A DNA stretch of 61,250 nt, taken from contig MNCI01002250.1 in the NCBI GenBank assembly GCA_015680685.1, forward strand, positions 841,611 to 902,860, given 5' to 3'. Every line of letters begins with the position of its first letter. The stretch's first letter is position 1. Made by a program: the position numbers and the translations under genes. The notes below the pieces were generated by a model, which saw nothing but the letters and a program-made list of their open reading frames with translations, searched no databases and was not told where the DNA came from. Shown here in pieces: positions 37,200 through 51,786 of this stretch. Source of the DNA: Gnetum montanum (Eukaryota > Plantae > Gnetophyta).

Positions 37200-39880
37200 T
37201 TCACTGGTTTCAAGCACGTGTGATGGTCAAGGTGGTCGTGGCTATTCTACTATGACTACAACCTCTACTGCAAGGCAAAAAGCATCTAGTAATGCCTTCA
37301 TCTTCTCCTCCTTACTTCAGGGATCATTCATAGTCCATGTGGTGTCAGCAAGTGGGTTGGAATGGGAATATCCCATGGACAAGGCAATATTGGGAACAAC
37401 TCTTTTACTTTGACAAACTAGGTAGTGAATTGTTTGCATTTGACATCAAATGCTCTTACTGCGTTCTACAACTCCTGGTAGTCATTCATTCTTTTGTACA
37501 AGTTCTCAACGGCAGATCTTTAATTAGTGTATTTTCCCTTGAGAACTTCAAGTTTAGCATTTGCCACTATAAAATTTTGCTTGGTGTCTTTATGATGCTT
37601 GAAATTGGCCTTGTATAATAAGTACAAGCTAGCCACTTGCTTTTCTAGTTTTGTTCATGGTCTTCTGGCAGTCAACATGGCTAAATTTGCATATTAGAGA
37701 TTGGCGAGCTCCATGTATTCTGTCATCTCCTCAATTTGCAACTTCTTCATGCAGATTTTCACTTTATTGTAGGCATCTATCCCATCAACNCTCCAATAAC
37801 TTCAACAAGGAAGAGAATTGTAGGAGCCTATAGTTGATGGGATAGATGCCTACAATAAAGTGAAAATCTGCATGAAGAAGTTGCAAATTGAGGAGATGAC
37901 AGAATACATNTGCTTTAGCTAGTTACTCCTACTATTGATGGATGAAGTTGGTTAATTGTTATTTGTGCTCATCAACATGCCACAGGAAATGGTTCTCTAT
38001 GGTTAACTATACATTTCCCTAGTGGGCCTGATCCAAGGATTTTTGAATTTTTTGCTATGTAGCTCTGCTAAGGATTGGTAGAAGACTATTGTTTTCATTG
38101 CACCTTCAACCCCTTTTAGTCTAGTGTGAAGCTGTTCAAGAGCTTTATCCATTGTTAATATTAGGTTGAGAAATGTAGGATCAGCAATTTGGGCTCTTAA
38201 TTTGGCAACTTTAGTAGCCAAGCATTTGTTCAACTCCTTGGCTATTTCGGTTGCCCCTCTAAGATGATTTTTTTATCCCTTGCCTCCAACAGCTTTGACT
38301 AGGTTGTAGTAATATTGTTCAAAAGATCAAAGACATTCGGAAGTGGTTGCCTAGTTCCCACCAGTTGGTCTAGTAGTTCTTTAGGCTATGCTACATTTAT
38401 TCTACCACTTGTGGTTCTTATGGACATCTGCACATTTTTGAGTGTAGTGATGTTTAGTATAGATGTTGTAGGTGCATTGAGGGTTTCAGCTATTTTGTCA
38501 ACAACCACCTCTATTGTTGTCTCCTACCCTTGGTGTTGCATCACCAATATTGTTGCTCCCTCACCTTCTTCTAAGCATACTGAAAAGGTCATGACATTCC
38601 CATAAATTTTTGGGAGTGGTTGTTATTTTGTGAGAGATATCATGAACTCTCTAGCACTAGGACTTGATCTCATAGACAACTTCATTCTTTTGGCTAAGAA
38701 AATGGATCCACCTCCATCCATCAAGCTAATTGTTTAGGCCACTTCATTTAGGTGACTCATTGATGGTTTGTACACAAATGGATCCCTACCACTTGTGCCT
38801 ACTCATTGCTCTTGTTTCCCCAAGATCCATTCTTGGTATTTGTGCAACTGTTGGATTGTTGCAGCGATGTTTGGCATAGTTGTTTGAGTGGCAGGTGGAG
38901 GTGGTGGTTGCTACTTTTCTTCTTGAATGGTCATTGTAGGTGTCTTATCTTTTATCATCTTTGCCCAATTAGTGGTCAAAGCATGGCTGACAACATCGTT
39001 TATATAATGGACTATTTCTCCCCTTTGACAAAGTTTTCTAATGAGGCATGGAAAGGCAAGTGCATTCCTTCCATGTTCATTTTCTTTAAACTGCTTCTCC
39101 ATCTCTAAATAGATCAGCTATGGAAGGTTGATAGGGAATCTCCCACTCAGAGCAGTGCATGCATGGGTAGAAAAGATAGTGATATTGCTTGGCCTCATTG
39201 TGAAATTGAGGTGAAAGGTCACAATCTTGTGATGGGTCCTTTTTGTCGATGTAAGTGCACCAAACTCCTTGTGATCAACACCATATCATCATTACACCCA
39301 TTCTTTTTTGATGTTGGGGTTTGCCTGCATTAGAATCTTAGCAAGACACGTCCTTGTTTCTGGCAACCCAAGCACTTCAGCAATGGCCTACACGAAGTAG
39401 GATATTGAGATGTCCTTGATTTTAATTGTTGAATTAGCCTACCTCTTGTTCCAGAATTGGAATGTCTCTCCCATGTACCATTTCCTAGTGGAAGTGATGA
39501 TTGGCCACATGGGAGAGGTCTTTAGTTGGTCCTACACTTCCTTTAGTGCTTGCTCTAAGAAAGATCCAAAGTTTAGCTTCTAGATTACTATTTTTTTGGA
39601 CCTCACTTAATTTGATTTGATTCAAGGAAGCTTCTATCAAGGTCACCTCAAGATTTGCTTATTGAACTGGTGCATCATCTCGATGGGAATGTTCTATTGC
39701 TGTTGCTGGTTTTGGAATTTGTCGAATAGATTCCACCTCAGCCTCTTCTCGAAGAGGACCTATGGCATGGGTTGTAAGTGGTTCTTCTTAAGCCTATTCT
39801 TGGCCCATTCCCATTGTAGATTGTTTCTCCCTTAGTTGAGATGGTCCTACTTCCTATGTGTGTTTTCCTTTTAGTGCCAT
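37200..39880 (-). pseudogene. Degenerate extra 3' ORF of element B
   Basis: Homologous to 18437-21180, e.g. MEKQFKENEHGRNALAFPCLIRKLCQRGE in the 38911-39102 ORF. Confidence 0.65.
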
Positions 39881-40291
39881 CTGTAATCACAACACAGCCA
39901 TTAATTAGTAGATATAATGTGTAACTTTAAATTGTAAAATACCTTCTCTGGTTAGTTAGTTATACTTTGGCTAAGGTTGGACCATGGTAGATTGATTATT
40001 TTATTATCATTTTATTAATTATTAATTATTTTTTATTATAAATGTTACTAGAGCTTGTTGGAAAGGTTTAACCTTTGTAGGAGTTAGAAAAATGGTGAAA
40101 AATTTTCTTAAAAAAATGGCACATTTGTGGCCCCCATGACTAAGAACTTACCTCTAGTAGCTACAGGGTTAAAGAATGGAGTGATTTGGATAAATGGTTA
40201 GCAAGTTATGGGCTCTGGAAGATTCTAGGTTCTAGAAATTTGAAAAACTCCCTTGGTGCTTGTGAGAAAATGTAAAAATTTCAAAGTGGGG

Positions 40292-40292
<1 letters not shown>

Positions 40293-40326
<34 letters not shown>
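40293..40326. repeat. (CA)n microsatellite inside element B
   Basis: About 17 uninterrupted CA units. Confidence 0.95.
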
Positions 40327-40328
<2 letters not shown>

Positions 40329-41979
40329 CTATTTTTCCACTATGTCAATGAGGTTGTGTATATGGGGCCTCATATATGTGTTTGCTCCATTAATGGGGCC
40401 CCATATATAGAGCTCATAGGAAAAATTTTGAAATTTGAATATCATAAAAAATACAAGAAAATTTTCAATGAATTTGGGGTCCATGGAGTCCTGGAAAAGC
40501 CAAGAATATGATGACATCATTGAAGAGGGTCTTTGAAAGTTCAAAATTTCAAAAAATTGATGGAGAATGTATTTATTGAATAAAATATGTAAAGGAGCAC
40601 ATGATTTGATGCAGAAGATGGATATATGAAAGATTCTGATTATAAGAATGCCTAAGGATAAGGTGCTTAATGAACCTAACCAAGAGATATGCAAATGAAT
40701 CCTCCCCATAGTAGGCACATCCCTTATTTTCCCTTGCACAACCTCAACCTAAATAGTTTGTGGGCCCCATAGGTGAATAATGGTTGATGGAAGTTAAGGA
40801 TCAAAACCTAAAAGATTTTACCTAAGAATTTAAGTACGTTAGACCAAGATACCAAATCAAGAACATGGACTTTGGTAGTGAGGTGAGTTACGGATAGTAG
40901 GGATGGATGATGGAGAAGGTGGAATGGAATTCTAAATTGAGGTCATAAGAAGTCCCTTGTGGATTTTGTGTTTAAAATAACCTAAGGAGATCCATCCTAA
41001 GCTGAGATCAAAATCATCCTCTTTCAGTGGCTTTGCATCATCACTCCAAGGTTGATCTACCCCCTCAAGACACAAGAGTGCTCTTATAGAAAAACCACTA
41101 TTCCATAAAGAGAAGAACAGAGAAGTAGGAAGTAAAAGAGGGTCTTAGTTATAGGGGACCTTCAAGCATGGGTAACATGTCTTTCTAGTTCCATAACTAG
41201 TGCTTGTAGCCTATTTATTTGGCTCAGGGATGTGGTTTGAATTCCCATAATGTTTTTTATTTTATTTTGTTGTTTTTTTTCCTTTTCTCTTCTTTTTTTT
41301 CTTTTTGGATGGGAACCATACCATGAAAAGACTTTATTCAACTTCTTATTATTTGTCGACATGGAATGGTAAGAAGTCTATGAAAACACTCAAGCACCCA
41401 AGTAAGTAGAAGAGTACAAAGAGTATTGAGTCCCCTTGAAGTCACACCATGTGCAAACCTTTGAATCCTTCTGAAGTTTGGAAACTACCAAGGTCACAAA
41501 GTTATTAAAAGTTTATTTCATGAAAAGGACCTCAAACTTCCAAAACAAGAAAAACCATAGAGTTTGTGAATGGGTGGATGTTGTGGACTCACTACTTGTT
41601 CCATGAAAAAAAAACCATGACTTAGCCATTGGTATAAAAATTCAAAAATAGAAACTAGACATTAGTAAAGAAAACATTAAGCACAAACCACCATTAGTAG
41701 CAGCTACAACACCACTATGTCTTGTTTGCAAAAAGCACATTTATTAGAAAAAATTTGAAAATCACTCTCAAATAGAGTAAAATATATTAGAAAGTGTAAA
41801 ATATTCAAGAAAGATGTAAATATACTAATGATGGCATAAAACAAAAAATGGTGTAAAAATAGGAAAAAGTTTGAAAATAAAAAAAAGATGTAAAATAAGC
41901 AACTATAAAGACAAAAATTTGTAAAACAAAAAAATAGAAAAACAAAGGAGCCATGTGGATGAGTAGTATGGATGGTGTT

Positions 41980-44900
41980 CTCCCTCATCCTTGTGTTGGA
42001 AGGAGGAGATCTAAAAAATTGAGCATGGTTGTTCATCTATTGAGGTATTTATTGGATCGACTTGCTTGGGCTTATGGAAAGGTTTAATCTATTAGATGTT
42101 GACCAACTACTTTTTATTTGGGCTCTCAGGTTTGTATATGATCATGGCCCTAGAAGGAAAGGTTTTTTCAATTATAGAAGGCCCTTTCCATAACATTTGG
42201 AATTTAGTTTTTGAGGTATGTGTGTGGGATTATAGTAGAAAACCTTATCTCCTGGTTGAAATTTCACTTTCTGCATTCTAAGGTCATGTCATTACTTGTT
42301 GAATGCCTTGTGCACTTTATTCAAATATAGGACTACTAATCAATTCTTCTCTAGTACATTTAGGTTGATCAATCTTTCTTTTTGTGTTAGACTTAGGTTA
42401 AGACCTAGGTCACAGGTTGTTGAAAGTGTATGAAGCTCAAACTGAATTGGGAGCATTGGAAGTTTTCTATATACCAACTTGTAGAAAGAATAGCTAATAG
42501 GGAGTTTTCATGTTGAGTGGTAGGCCCAAAGAGCATCGTTGAGTTTTGTGCTTTAGTCCCTCATATATTTGCTAATGGTTCTTATTAGAATCTTTGTAAT
42601 CTCCTTGTTAGTTACCTTTGCTTGACCATTGGCTTAGGGATGAAAGGGTGTTGTTAGTTTATGTTCAACCCTTAAGCATTACATGGGTTTTTGAAAAGTG
42701 GCACCTATAAAATGAGTTCCATTGTTAGAAATTAGTGCATGTGGCACCCCAAACCTATTTACAACATTTTTTTGGACAAATTGAGTAGCAGTCGATGATA
42801 TATATAGTTAGTGACAGCTATTGCTTTTGTCCATTTGGTATAGTAGTTAATAGTGACGATTATGTATGCCTTCTTGTTGAACATGGGTGTGATGGAACCC
42901 ATGAAGTCAATGTCCCATATGTCAAAGGGCTGTAGTGGTTGAATCCACTATTGAGGATCTCCATTTGAGCAGTTATCCCACCATCTTGTTGATAGCATTT
43001 ACAAGATCAGAAAAACTGTTGGGAATCCCTAAAGATTGTAGGCCAATAGTATCCTACCATCAAAATTTTTATGCTCATGTGTCTCCTAGCATAGTGTCCT
43101 TTATAGGGGTCTTCATGAGCATCTTGGAGAACTCACAACTGATTTACATCAAGGACATACCAACAAACCAGGCCATCAGCACACACCTTGTAAAGGTGTC
43201 CATTGATTTTCATGAAGTGCTTTGCCTGGTAAAGAAACTATTATTTCTTTCTAAAGTTCAAATATTGTGACATTTCTTGAGTGAGAAGGAAACTGAAGAT
43301 GTCATCATACCATTTTAATTTAGTAGGCACTTGATCAATTATCACTTCTGTAAAGAGGAGTTTATTTATAAATTGATTAGAGAGGGGACTCTCCTCCTCT
43401 TTCTTATCCCATCTTAACCAAGAGAGGTGGTCACTGATCACTTTCTTAGTTTCTTTTTGATCTACCATTGTGAGATCAAGTTCTTGTAAGATCACGAGCC
43501 ACTATATGATACAGGGGCTCACCATTGGCTTATTTATTAGGAAGTAAATGACACTATGATCTATGTGCACAAATACTTTGTAATCAAGTACATAGTGCAT
43601 GAAATTTTTGAGAGCATACACCACTACCACTAGTTCTTTCTTAATTGTGGTGTAATTCAATTATGCACCCACAATGCTTAGGCTTGTATAGTGAATGTAA
43701 TATGGATGTTTCTTATCATCCAACTACATAAGCACGTCTCACAAGGCATAATTAGATGTATATGTCATTATATGAAATGGCTTGGACTAGTTTGGGGTGC
43801 ATAGAATTAGAGTTTTTATGAGTTTTTCCTTTAGGTATTGGAATGCATGTTCACACTTCTTGGTTCAAATGAATGGAGCATCTTTCTTTATAGTCTTGAT
43901 CAACGACTTTGTGATCCTAGAGAAATTCTCTATAAACCATTGGTAGTAGTTATTATGTCCAAGGAATAATTGGATGTCTTTGATTGTCTCTAGTTGGTGT
44001 GTGATTCTTTGGATGACCCTTATCTTTTCTAGGTCTACCTCAATCCCTTTTTGTAAAATTTGGTGCCCTAGTATTATGCCCTCCTAGACCATTAAATGGC
44101 TTTTTTTTGCCACTTGAGCCTAAGGTTTGTTTCAATACATAATTTTAGTATTTGCTTAAGGTGATCCAGGGCTTGCTCAAATGTAGCCTTATAGGTAGAG
44201 AAGTCATCCATAAAAACTTCTACCTCGCTACCAATCTGCTATTGAAAAATACTAAGGACCAGGCATTGGAATGTTGTAGGAGCATTACATAGATTGAACA
44301 ACATTTTGTAATATGCAAAAGTCCCCTAATGACTTATGAATGCTGTTTTGGCCTAATCATCTAGTGCAATTTGGATTTAGTTATAGCTACTATAATCATC
44401 CGAGAAGCTATAATAATAATGCTCTAATATAGTGTTCAACACTTGGTACACAAATGATAATGGAAAAAAATCTTTAAATGTTGTCATATTGAACAACCTA
44501 AAATCAATGCAGACCCGCCACTTGCCACCTTTCTTTGGCACATTTATGAGTGGGCTAACCTACTCACTATCTATGATGGGATAGATGAACCTTACCTTGA
44601 GGAGTTGTTCTATTTCCTTCTTGGTGATCTGCTTCAACTTGGGATTCAACCGCCTCTGTTGCTACCTTCTTGGCTTCATGGTTGGGTTGATGTAGATACG
44701 ATGCTAACATATCCTTGGATCAATTCTAATCAATTTAGGATATGACCAAGAAAAGGATATTGGCCATTTTTTGACCACCTTCAACACCTGATCTTTTTGT
44801 TTGGAAGCAAGATGTGATTTGATTATAACTAGCTTACCATTTTTCAAAAATACATACTTTATGTTGGTTGGTAAAGTTTTTAACTCTAGGGTCTCTAGTT

Positions 44901-46760
44901 TGAAATGATAAGGATTACCAACTCTCTCCAACAAGTATCATCATCTTTGTCATGAGAGAGTTGGTGGTAAACTTGCTTAAGTTCATCCATGCCTTAGACT
45001 GTTGATGCGTAAATTTTGGACATGTGAACACTTGTGAAAACTCATATTAGGAGACTATAACATAGGGCACCTCCCATTTTAAGTTCATCCATGCCTTATA
45101 CATAAGCACATGTCAAGCTCTCAAAGGGTTCCATGCATAGTATGTTATTATCAAAGTTAGCTATCAGCCACCAGGTGTCCTCCTATTTTATGGCTACTTT
45201 GTATAGGTACCTTTGGATATCAATTTCATGTGCACACTAATTGCATGCTTTAATGAATGTACTTTTAATGGACCAAATTTTTTGCATGCAATTGCACTTG
45301 TTATCGTTGTACATGATACATGCAACATGATTCTTCTGAAGGTATCCAAATTCATTCTCCTTGGAGATTTTCAAGGAGAGGTCCTTGATGCCCATTCGTA
45401 TATCAATAGTGCTAAAATAGAAAATCAATAGGATAGGACCACCCACAAACTATAGTTACAATGTCCTCTACTAATCCTAATGGGATAGTGATTGACTAGT
45501 CTACCAATTCCAACCAAATGTTGCTCTTCTTGAGAGGTGGTAGGTTCCAAGTCCTATACATGTCATGGGAGATGAGATTGACATCAAAACTAGAATCAAG
45601 AAGAGCCTTGCATGGCTCACGTCCAAAAATCTGTAAGTAAATAAGAGGACTTCCTAGGTCATATCTTTTTTTGGAAAGGTTGCTAGCCTTGATCCAATCG
45701 AAAATAGAATGAATTAGCATCATAGTGCAGATTTGAGGTGGTTTTGGTTTGAAGGACCCTCAAATGTGTTTGATGCAGAGGATGAGGGTGTTGAAGATAT
45801 AGGGTGACTGACCACATTATGTTGTAAGCATTTGGAAGAACTATTGTGTCGAAAAAATGGTCATTTCTTGAATCTCTTATCCAAACCACTTAGTTGGAAG
45901 GCTTATTTGAATTTATAGCCCTCATAGCATTTTGTTGTTATGGCTATGAGGGAATTTTTTATTACATAGATGGAGCAGGAGGTAGCTAGGTTAAGGGTAG
46001 AGGGATATGTGAAGATAGATGTGGAGGATGGTAGTGATGGTGAATGAGTTCGATGGTACTTTGGAGGGTAATAATGATGTTGGAATGAGGTGTGGTTGGT
46101 AGAGCCATGTGGAGAAATAGGTTGCTAAACATAATACTCGTATGTATTTGGTTACCTATAAGGGTACTCTTGTCTTAGTAGTGGCATCCCCCACAACTGT
46201 GGTTTTTGTCACTGCTAGTATTGCTTATAGGATTGTGGTGGAGCTCCACTTGGATAGTAAGCTTGTTGTTACTGGTGGAACTACCTTAGATTGCCTTGAG
46301 GATAAGATAATTGTCTAAGTGCTTGTCTCCTTACTAGTCAAGGATTAAGCATGTACATCCCAAACTCTTGTAAGTGTGACACCATAGGACAACATTCTTT
46401 AAGATGGCCATATTGACAAATGTTACATCCACCATCATCATCAGAGTTTATCTTCACAACTTCTTCTACTACAATAGCTTTTCCCTTACCTCTTTGGTAG
46501 GTACATTCAACTTCTTTTTGCCTCTTATGATCATGATCACTATTCTACTCTTTGGATTCTATAGTAATCTTCATAGCACTTTGGAATTTTTCATCCAAAG
46601 AATCCCATAGTTTATCAACCTTTGCTAAAATATTAGAAATGGATTTTTGGATGGGCAAGGTTTTCCTGTTTACCACCTCATCTAGTCGTGATTCCTTTCC
46701 ATCACAAAATTAGATCTCCCTTTTCCTAATGGGAGGATCCCTATTATATTCTTCTATACT
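41980..46760 (-). pseudogene. Disrupted pol and partial gag of element B
   Basis: Protease KALLDSSFDVNLIS ~45575-45615; RT PKKGGKWRVCIDF ~44500-44540 and EVFMDDFS ~44198-44221; integrase WDIDFMG ~42898-42918; many stops. Confidence 0.88.
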
Positions 46761-46877
46761 TTCCCATTAGGAAAAGGGAGATCTAATTTTTTTATGATAT
46801 TAACTCAATGGTGCCATTAGGAAAAGGGAAGAATATACTAGATCACATTTATGTCACCATTGAGTTAAAAGAACTTT

Positions 46878-49800
46878 GTTATGATATTAACTCAATGGTG
46901 CCATAAATGTGATGGGTACATGCATTTATATAGGCAAAGACAAATGCTATGTCAATGCATCAGCTCATGGGTCGATAAGGATGTGTCGATGCATGCCTAT
47001 CGACACAACCAAACTTTGTAATTCATCATAGCCCCATGACTAACTGAGAAGCATCCTTGAGTGAAAAAAAGTAGGATTGAGCTTCTCACGAAATTGGAAA
47101 GGTATGAAATCACAAACTAGCTAACTCACTAACTAACTCTAGGTGCCCAATTGTATAGATCTACAATGATTACAAAAATGGATGTTCAGGAAAATAAAAT
47201 TGAACATCCTTGCGAAATTGGATAGCTGAAAATCCTTTAACGATGAAAGACAAAGAGAAGATCAAACAATACCAAGAGATGGAGGTTCCTGGGATGCTAA
47301 AGGACCTTCTTCAGCCTCTGGTACCTATGGTAGTAGTAGTTGATGCTAAGGTAATGGTTGCAGTTGTCCTATTGTAGCTGCTACTTCCAGTGGATGTTGA
47401 AAGGCATCCAGTAATGCCTTCATCTTCTTCTTCTTACTTCATGGATCATACATAGTCCATGTGACATCACCAATGTGGATTGGTATAGGGACATCCAATA
47501 GATAGGGCATTGTAGAGAACAACTCCTTAACATTGACAAAATAGGCTATGAATTATTTTTGTTGAACATTAAATGTCCTAACAAGGTTTTATAGTTCTTG
47601 GTAGGCATTCATCCTTTTGGCCAAGTTCTCAACAACCAATCATTGGTTTGTGAATTAGCTCCTAAGAACATCAAGCTCTATGTTAGTTATTTTTATCTTT
47701 TGCTTTGTGTCCTTATGATACTTGAATTTGACCTCATAGAGGACGTACAATCTGGTCACTTGTTTCTCTAACTCTAAATTTAAACTTGTTTCTACTATTA
47801 GCATTACCAAGTTTTCATAATGGAGGTTCGCAAGCTCCATGTACTCTATCATCTCTTCAATTTGTAACTCCTTCAAATGGATTTCTGCTTTGTTGTAGGC
47901 ATTTAATCCATCAAAGATTAGTTGCCATACATCGCCTCTTTGTTGGAGTTGCTAGAAAGCCTCATTCATTTTCTCCTTTTCTAGTTGAATCTCTTTCTCA
48001 TTCACCTTCTTGAGGAGTCCAACTTGGTCCCTGTGATGATTCTTTACACATTTAAACTTCAAGGCCTTGTTTTTCTAGGTAGCTACCTCAATAGCTATTT
48101 TCTAACAAAGGGCACAAACTTCCTCCATTGAGAGATTTTGATTTTTGGCTACTAACCTCCTTAGGTCTGTGTTTACCTTGGCAAGATGCTCCTATTATTG
48201 TTGCACAAATTACACCATTTGATCCTTTTATGCCTCAACATTTCATAGGTGATGAATGTCTTTTGTTAGAGCAAGATTCTCTTTGTAGACGTATGACAAG
48301 TCCTTATCAATGTTGAAGGTCATGGACTCCCATAAGGATGCATTAGAGACCACAACCTCCTTTACAGTCTTAGCCTCTTTGAGTTTATTTTAAAGCTATA
48401 ATAAAGCTTCATCTCATGTAATTTCTTGGTTAAGAATGATGGTATTTTCCAAGTAGGCTCTCAGTTCTACAACTTTAGTAGTCGATCGTTGATTTTCAGT
48501 CATGGCTGTCTCAAGTTGGACATTTGCAATGAGGACCTTCTCCTTGGTCTCTAATAGCTCTAACTAAGTTTTAGTGATGTTTTTTAGGAGATTTAAGATC
48601 TCCAAAAGTAATTGCCTAGTTCCTACTAGTTGATTCAATACCTCCTCATGTTGGGCTACACTTAGCCTCCTGCTGCCTCCTCCTACGAATGCCTGCACAT
48701 ATTTGAGTGTAGCAATGTCTAGCATAATGGCCATAGGAGCATTCAAGGCCTCTACTATATGATCAACCACCACCTCTACTGTTGTTTCCTACCCATGGTG
48801 ATGCATCACTAGAATAGTTGCCCCCTCACCCTCCTCTAGGCAGATTGAGAAATTGTTATCATTCCTAGAGATCTCTGGAAATTTCTATGATCCAAGGATG
48901 AAGACCATCACCTCTTGGGCACTCAGATTTGATCTTGCAGGCACCTACATTTACTGTGCAAAAAATATTGGCATAGTCTCTTCTTGCCAACTTATTTTTT
49001 GAGTTACTTTATTCAAATGGCTTAAAGCTAGTCGGTAGACTGAGGGTTCCCCACCACTTTGTTCTCTTTGCTATTGTTGTAGGAGTTTTTCACGAAGCTT
49101 CTTCATGCACTCTATCATAGTATGGGCCTCTAACATTGTCTCTTGAGTAGGTGGTGGTGGTAATGGCCACTCCTCTTCTTGTAATTTGGCAAGCACTTTA
49201 TCTTTCATCATCTCTTGCGAAGATGTGGTAGGAGCATAAGAAGCATGTCATTGACATAACAAGCTATTCCTCCTCTTTTTTAATTTTTTATGATGAGGTA
49301 AGAAAAGAAGAGTATCTTCCTCCCACCTTCATTCTCTTTGAAATATTTCTCCATCTTTTGGAAGATGAGCTAGGGGAGGTTGACCAAGAATTTTCTAGTT
49401 AGAGTAACACATGCATGACAAGAGAAGGTAGTGATCTTGCTTGGCCTCACCATTGGATTTAGGTGGTAGGCCATAATCTTAAAGTAGGCCCTCTTTGCCT
49501 TGGTGAGTGCACTGCACTCTTTATGATCCACTCCAAAGGACCATTGAACCCACTCCTTCTTAATGTCTAGGTTTTCTTACTTGGAATCTTAGCCTAAGTT
49601 GCCCCATTATTAGGAAATCCAAAGGCCTCTGAAATGGCCTAGATTAAATAGGACACATTAATGTCCTTGATCTTGATCATGGCATCTACTTGTTTGTTAT
49701 TCTAGAAGTGAGGATAGGCCACATGGGGAAGGCTTGTAGTTATGTTTTGACCTCTTTTGGTGCTAGGTCCAAGAAGGGGCCAAAGTTAAGTTCTTGGAGA

Positions 49801-51780
49801 ACTGCACTTTGGCCCTTCTTAAAATGAATTTGTCTTAAGAAGGCCTTAATTAAGGTGACGTTCAAGTTCAGTCTAAGCCCTGGTACCTCGTCGCACCTTG
49901 ATTGGCCTATTTTTGCTACAAGAATCTGATGAACAGATTCCACTTTGGCCTCCTCTCCAAGAGGTCTTATGGCATGTTTCTCCATCTTTCCTTCTTAGGA
50001 TGGTTACAACTATTAGGCCCTTCCTCCTTGTGGTTATTTATCTTATGATCTAGATGGTTGTCCTTTTGGTATTCTCTTTGGCACCATCTGTGATCACAAA
50101 CATAGCCAAGGATTAGTGTTTTATGGGTAACTCATGACACTTTAATACCTTGTCCATTTGGCTAGTTACACTTAGCCTTATTGTGATAATGGTAGATTGA
50201 TTAATTTATTATTATTTTATTGTAATAACTACTAGAGTTTGTTGGTGATGTTTAACCTAGATAAATTTGGACATTTAATATTATTTTATTAGTTAAACCA
50301 TGTGGGAGTTAGAAACATTTCATCGAATTTTCTACCAAAAACCATTGNAGAAGGATCCACTTGCATACTCCTTGGTTAGGATGGTTAANCATGTGGGAGT
50401 TAGAAACATTTCATCGAATTTTCTACCAAAAACCATTGGTTTGTGGCCCCCATAATGTAAAGCTCACCTCTAGTAGCTACAAGGTAAAAGAACAAGTAGA
50501 TTTGGATAAGTGGTTACGAAGTTATGGGCTTTGGAAAGTTCTGGGCTCTTAAAACAACAAAAACACCCTTGGCATTTGAAGGCAAATGTAAAAAATTTTA
50601 AAGTGTTAATGCATATTTATAGCATTTTTATGTTGTGTCGATGAAATGTGTTGATGCATCGAGTTGTGTCAATGGTGATGCATTAATGCAACCATAAATA
50701 AAAATTTTTCACATTAAAAGACTAAGTAAAAACAAAGATTTTTTGCATGAAATTGAAGTCCAGAGAAGCTAGAAAAGCCTAGAATAATGAGGAATGCTTG
50801 ATGAGGAATAGGAATACATTTTAAAAGGAGATTTAGAAGAAGATTGAGTGCTAAGGATTGCAAAAATGGGATGCATTGTGGTGGAAAACATAAGTTTTGA
50901 AAGAAAAATGGCTAAGGGATAAGGAACTTAACCATCCTAACCAAGGAGTATGCAAGTGGATCCTTCTCATAGCAGGCTTATGCCCTTAATGCCCTTGCAT
51001 GTCCTCAAACCAAGGAGTTTGTAGACCCCAAGGATGATTAATGGTTATGGATCATTAAAACCCAAATCACCAAAGAAATCATCATAGGATTGCAACTGTT
51101 TACTAAATGAATCCATTGATACCTTCATGGGAAGAGGCAGTGATTTGGTAAATGGAAAGAATAGGTGGGTGAGAGAGAATATGAAATAGAGTCTACATTG
51201 TGGTCACATGAAGTCCCTTGTGGAAGATATGATTAATGTGACATGATAGTTTTCTTTCTTAGTGCTAATCAAAACCATCCACTTTCAGTGACTTTGCCTT
51301 CACACATGATACCATTCCATCCTCCAAGGTACAAGAACATCCCCATAGACCACTCATCATTCCAAAGAAAGAAGAAAAGAAAAGTAGAAAGTGAAAAGAT
51401 CCTTAGTTAGAGGGGTGCCTTTAGGCATGGGTTATATGTCTTTCTAGCCCCATAATTAATGCTTGTAGTCCATTGTTATGTTTGGGTGTGCTTTGAGTTC
51501 CCATTGTTTTTTTTCTTCTCAAATGGGAACCACACCATGCAAAGACATTACTTCCTATTTATTGGTAAATGGTGGAATGGTGTGCAATCCATGGAAATAC
51601 TCATGCAATCCTAGATGACAAGCATGTATAAAAGTGATATATCCCCTTGAAGTCACATCCTTGTTCATCCACCTAATTCATCCCAAGTTTGGAAAGTACC
51701 AAGGTCACAAGTTCATTATTAGTTTCATTAAGAAGGAACCTCCTATTTCCAAATGAGGAGATACCATAGAGTTGTGTGGA
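46878..51780 (-). mobile_element. Fragment of a third Athila-type element (element C): start of the 3' LTR, polypurine tract, 3' ORF and post-integrase spacer
   Basis: LTR start 46878-47028 of the element A type, followed by TAGCCCCATGACTAA; 47030-51780 is the reverse-complement homolog of ~16910-21465. Confidence 0.85.
47300..50087 (-). pseudogene. Degenerate extra 3' ORF of element C
   Basis: Starts MVPKR; fragments VLQELNFGPFLDLAPKEVKT and EEVLNQLVGTRQLLLEILNLL match elements A and B. Confidence 0.65.
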
Positions 51781-51786
51781 GTGCTA

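Larger units (their letters stand above)
35987..46760 (-). mobile_element. 5'-truncated Athila-type Ty3/gypsy element (element B)
   Basis: 3' LTR 35987-36915 (TGATGAG...CTCATCA) followed by TACCCCCACAACTAA, the reverse complement of a polypurine tract; then 3' ORF, INT, RH, RT, PR and the end of gag, collinear with element A in reverse; breaks off near 46760. Confidence 0.9.

Noticed and set aside
37710-37910. Perfect ~78-bp inverted repeat resembling a miRNA hairpin
   Set aside because: The inverted arm is bounded by single N characters (37790, 37910) inside a retroelement ORF, so it is probably a misoriented overlapping contig.
50299-50440. Direct duplication plus an inverted piece of ~50930-50968
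   Set aside because: Bounded by single Ns; likely an assembly artefact.
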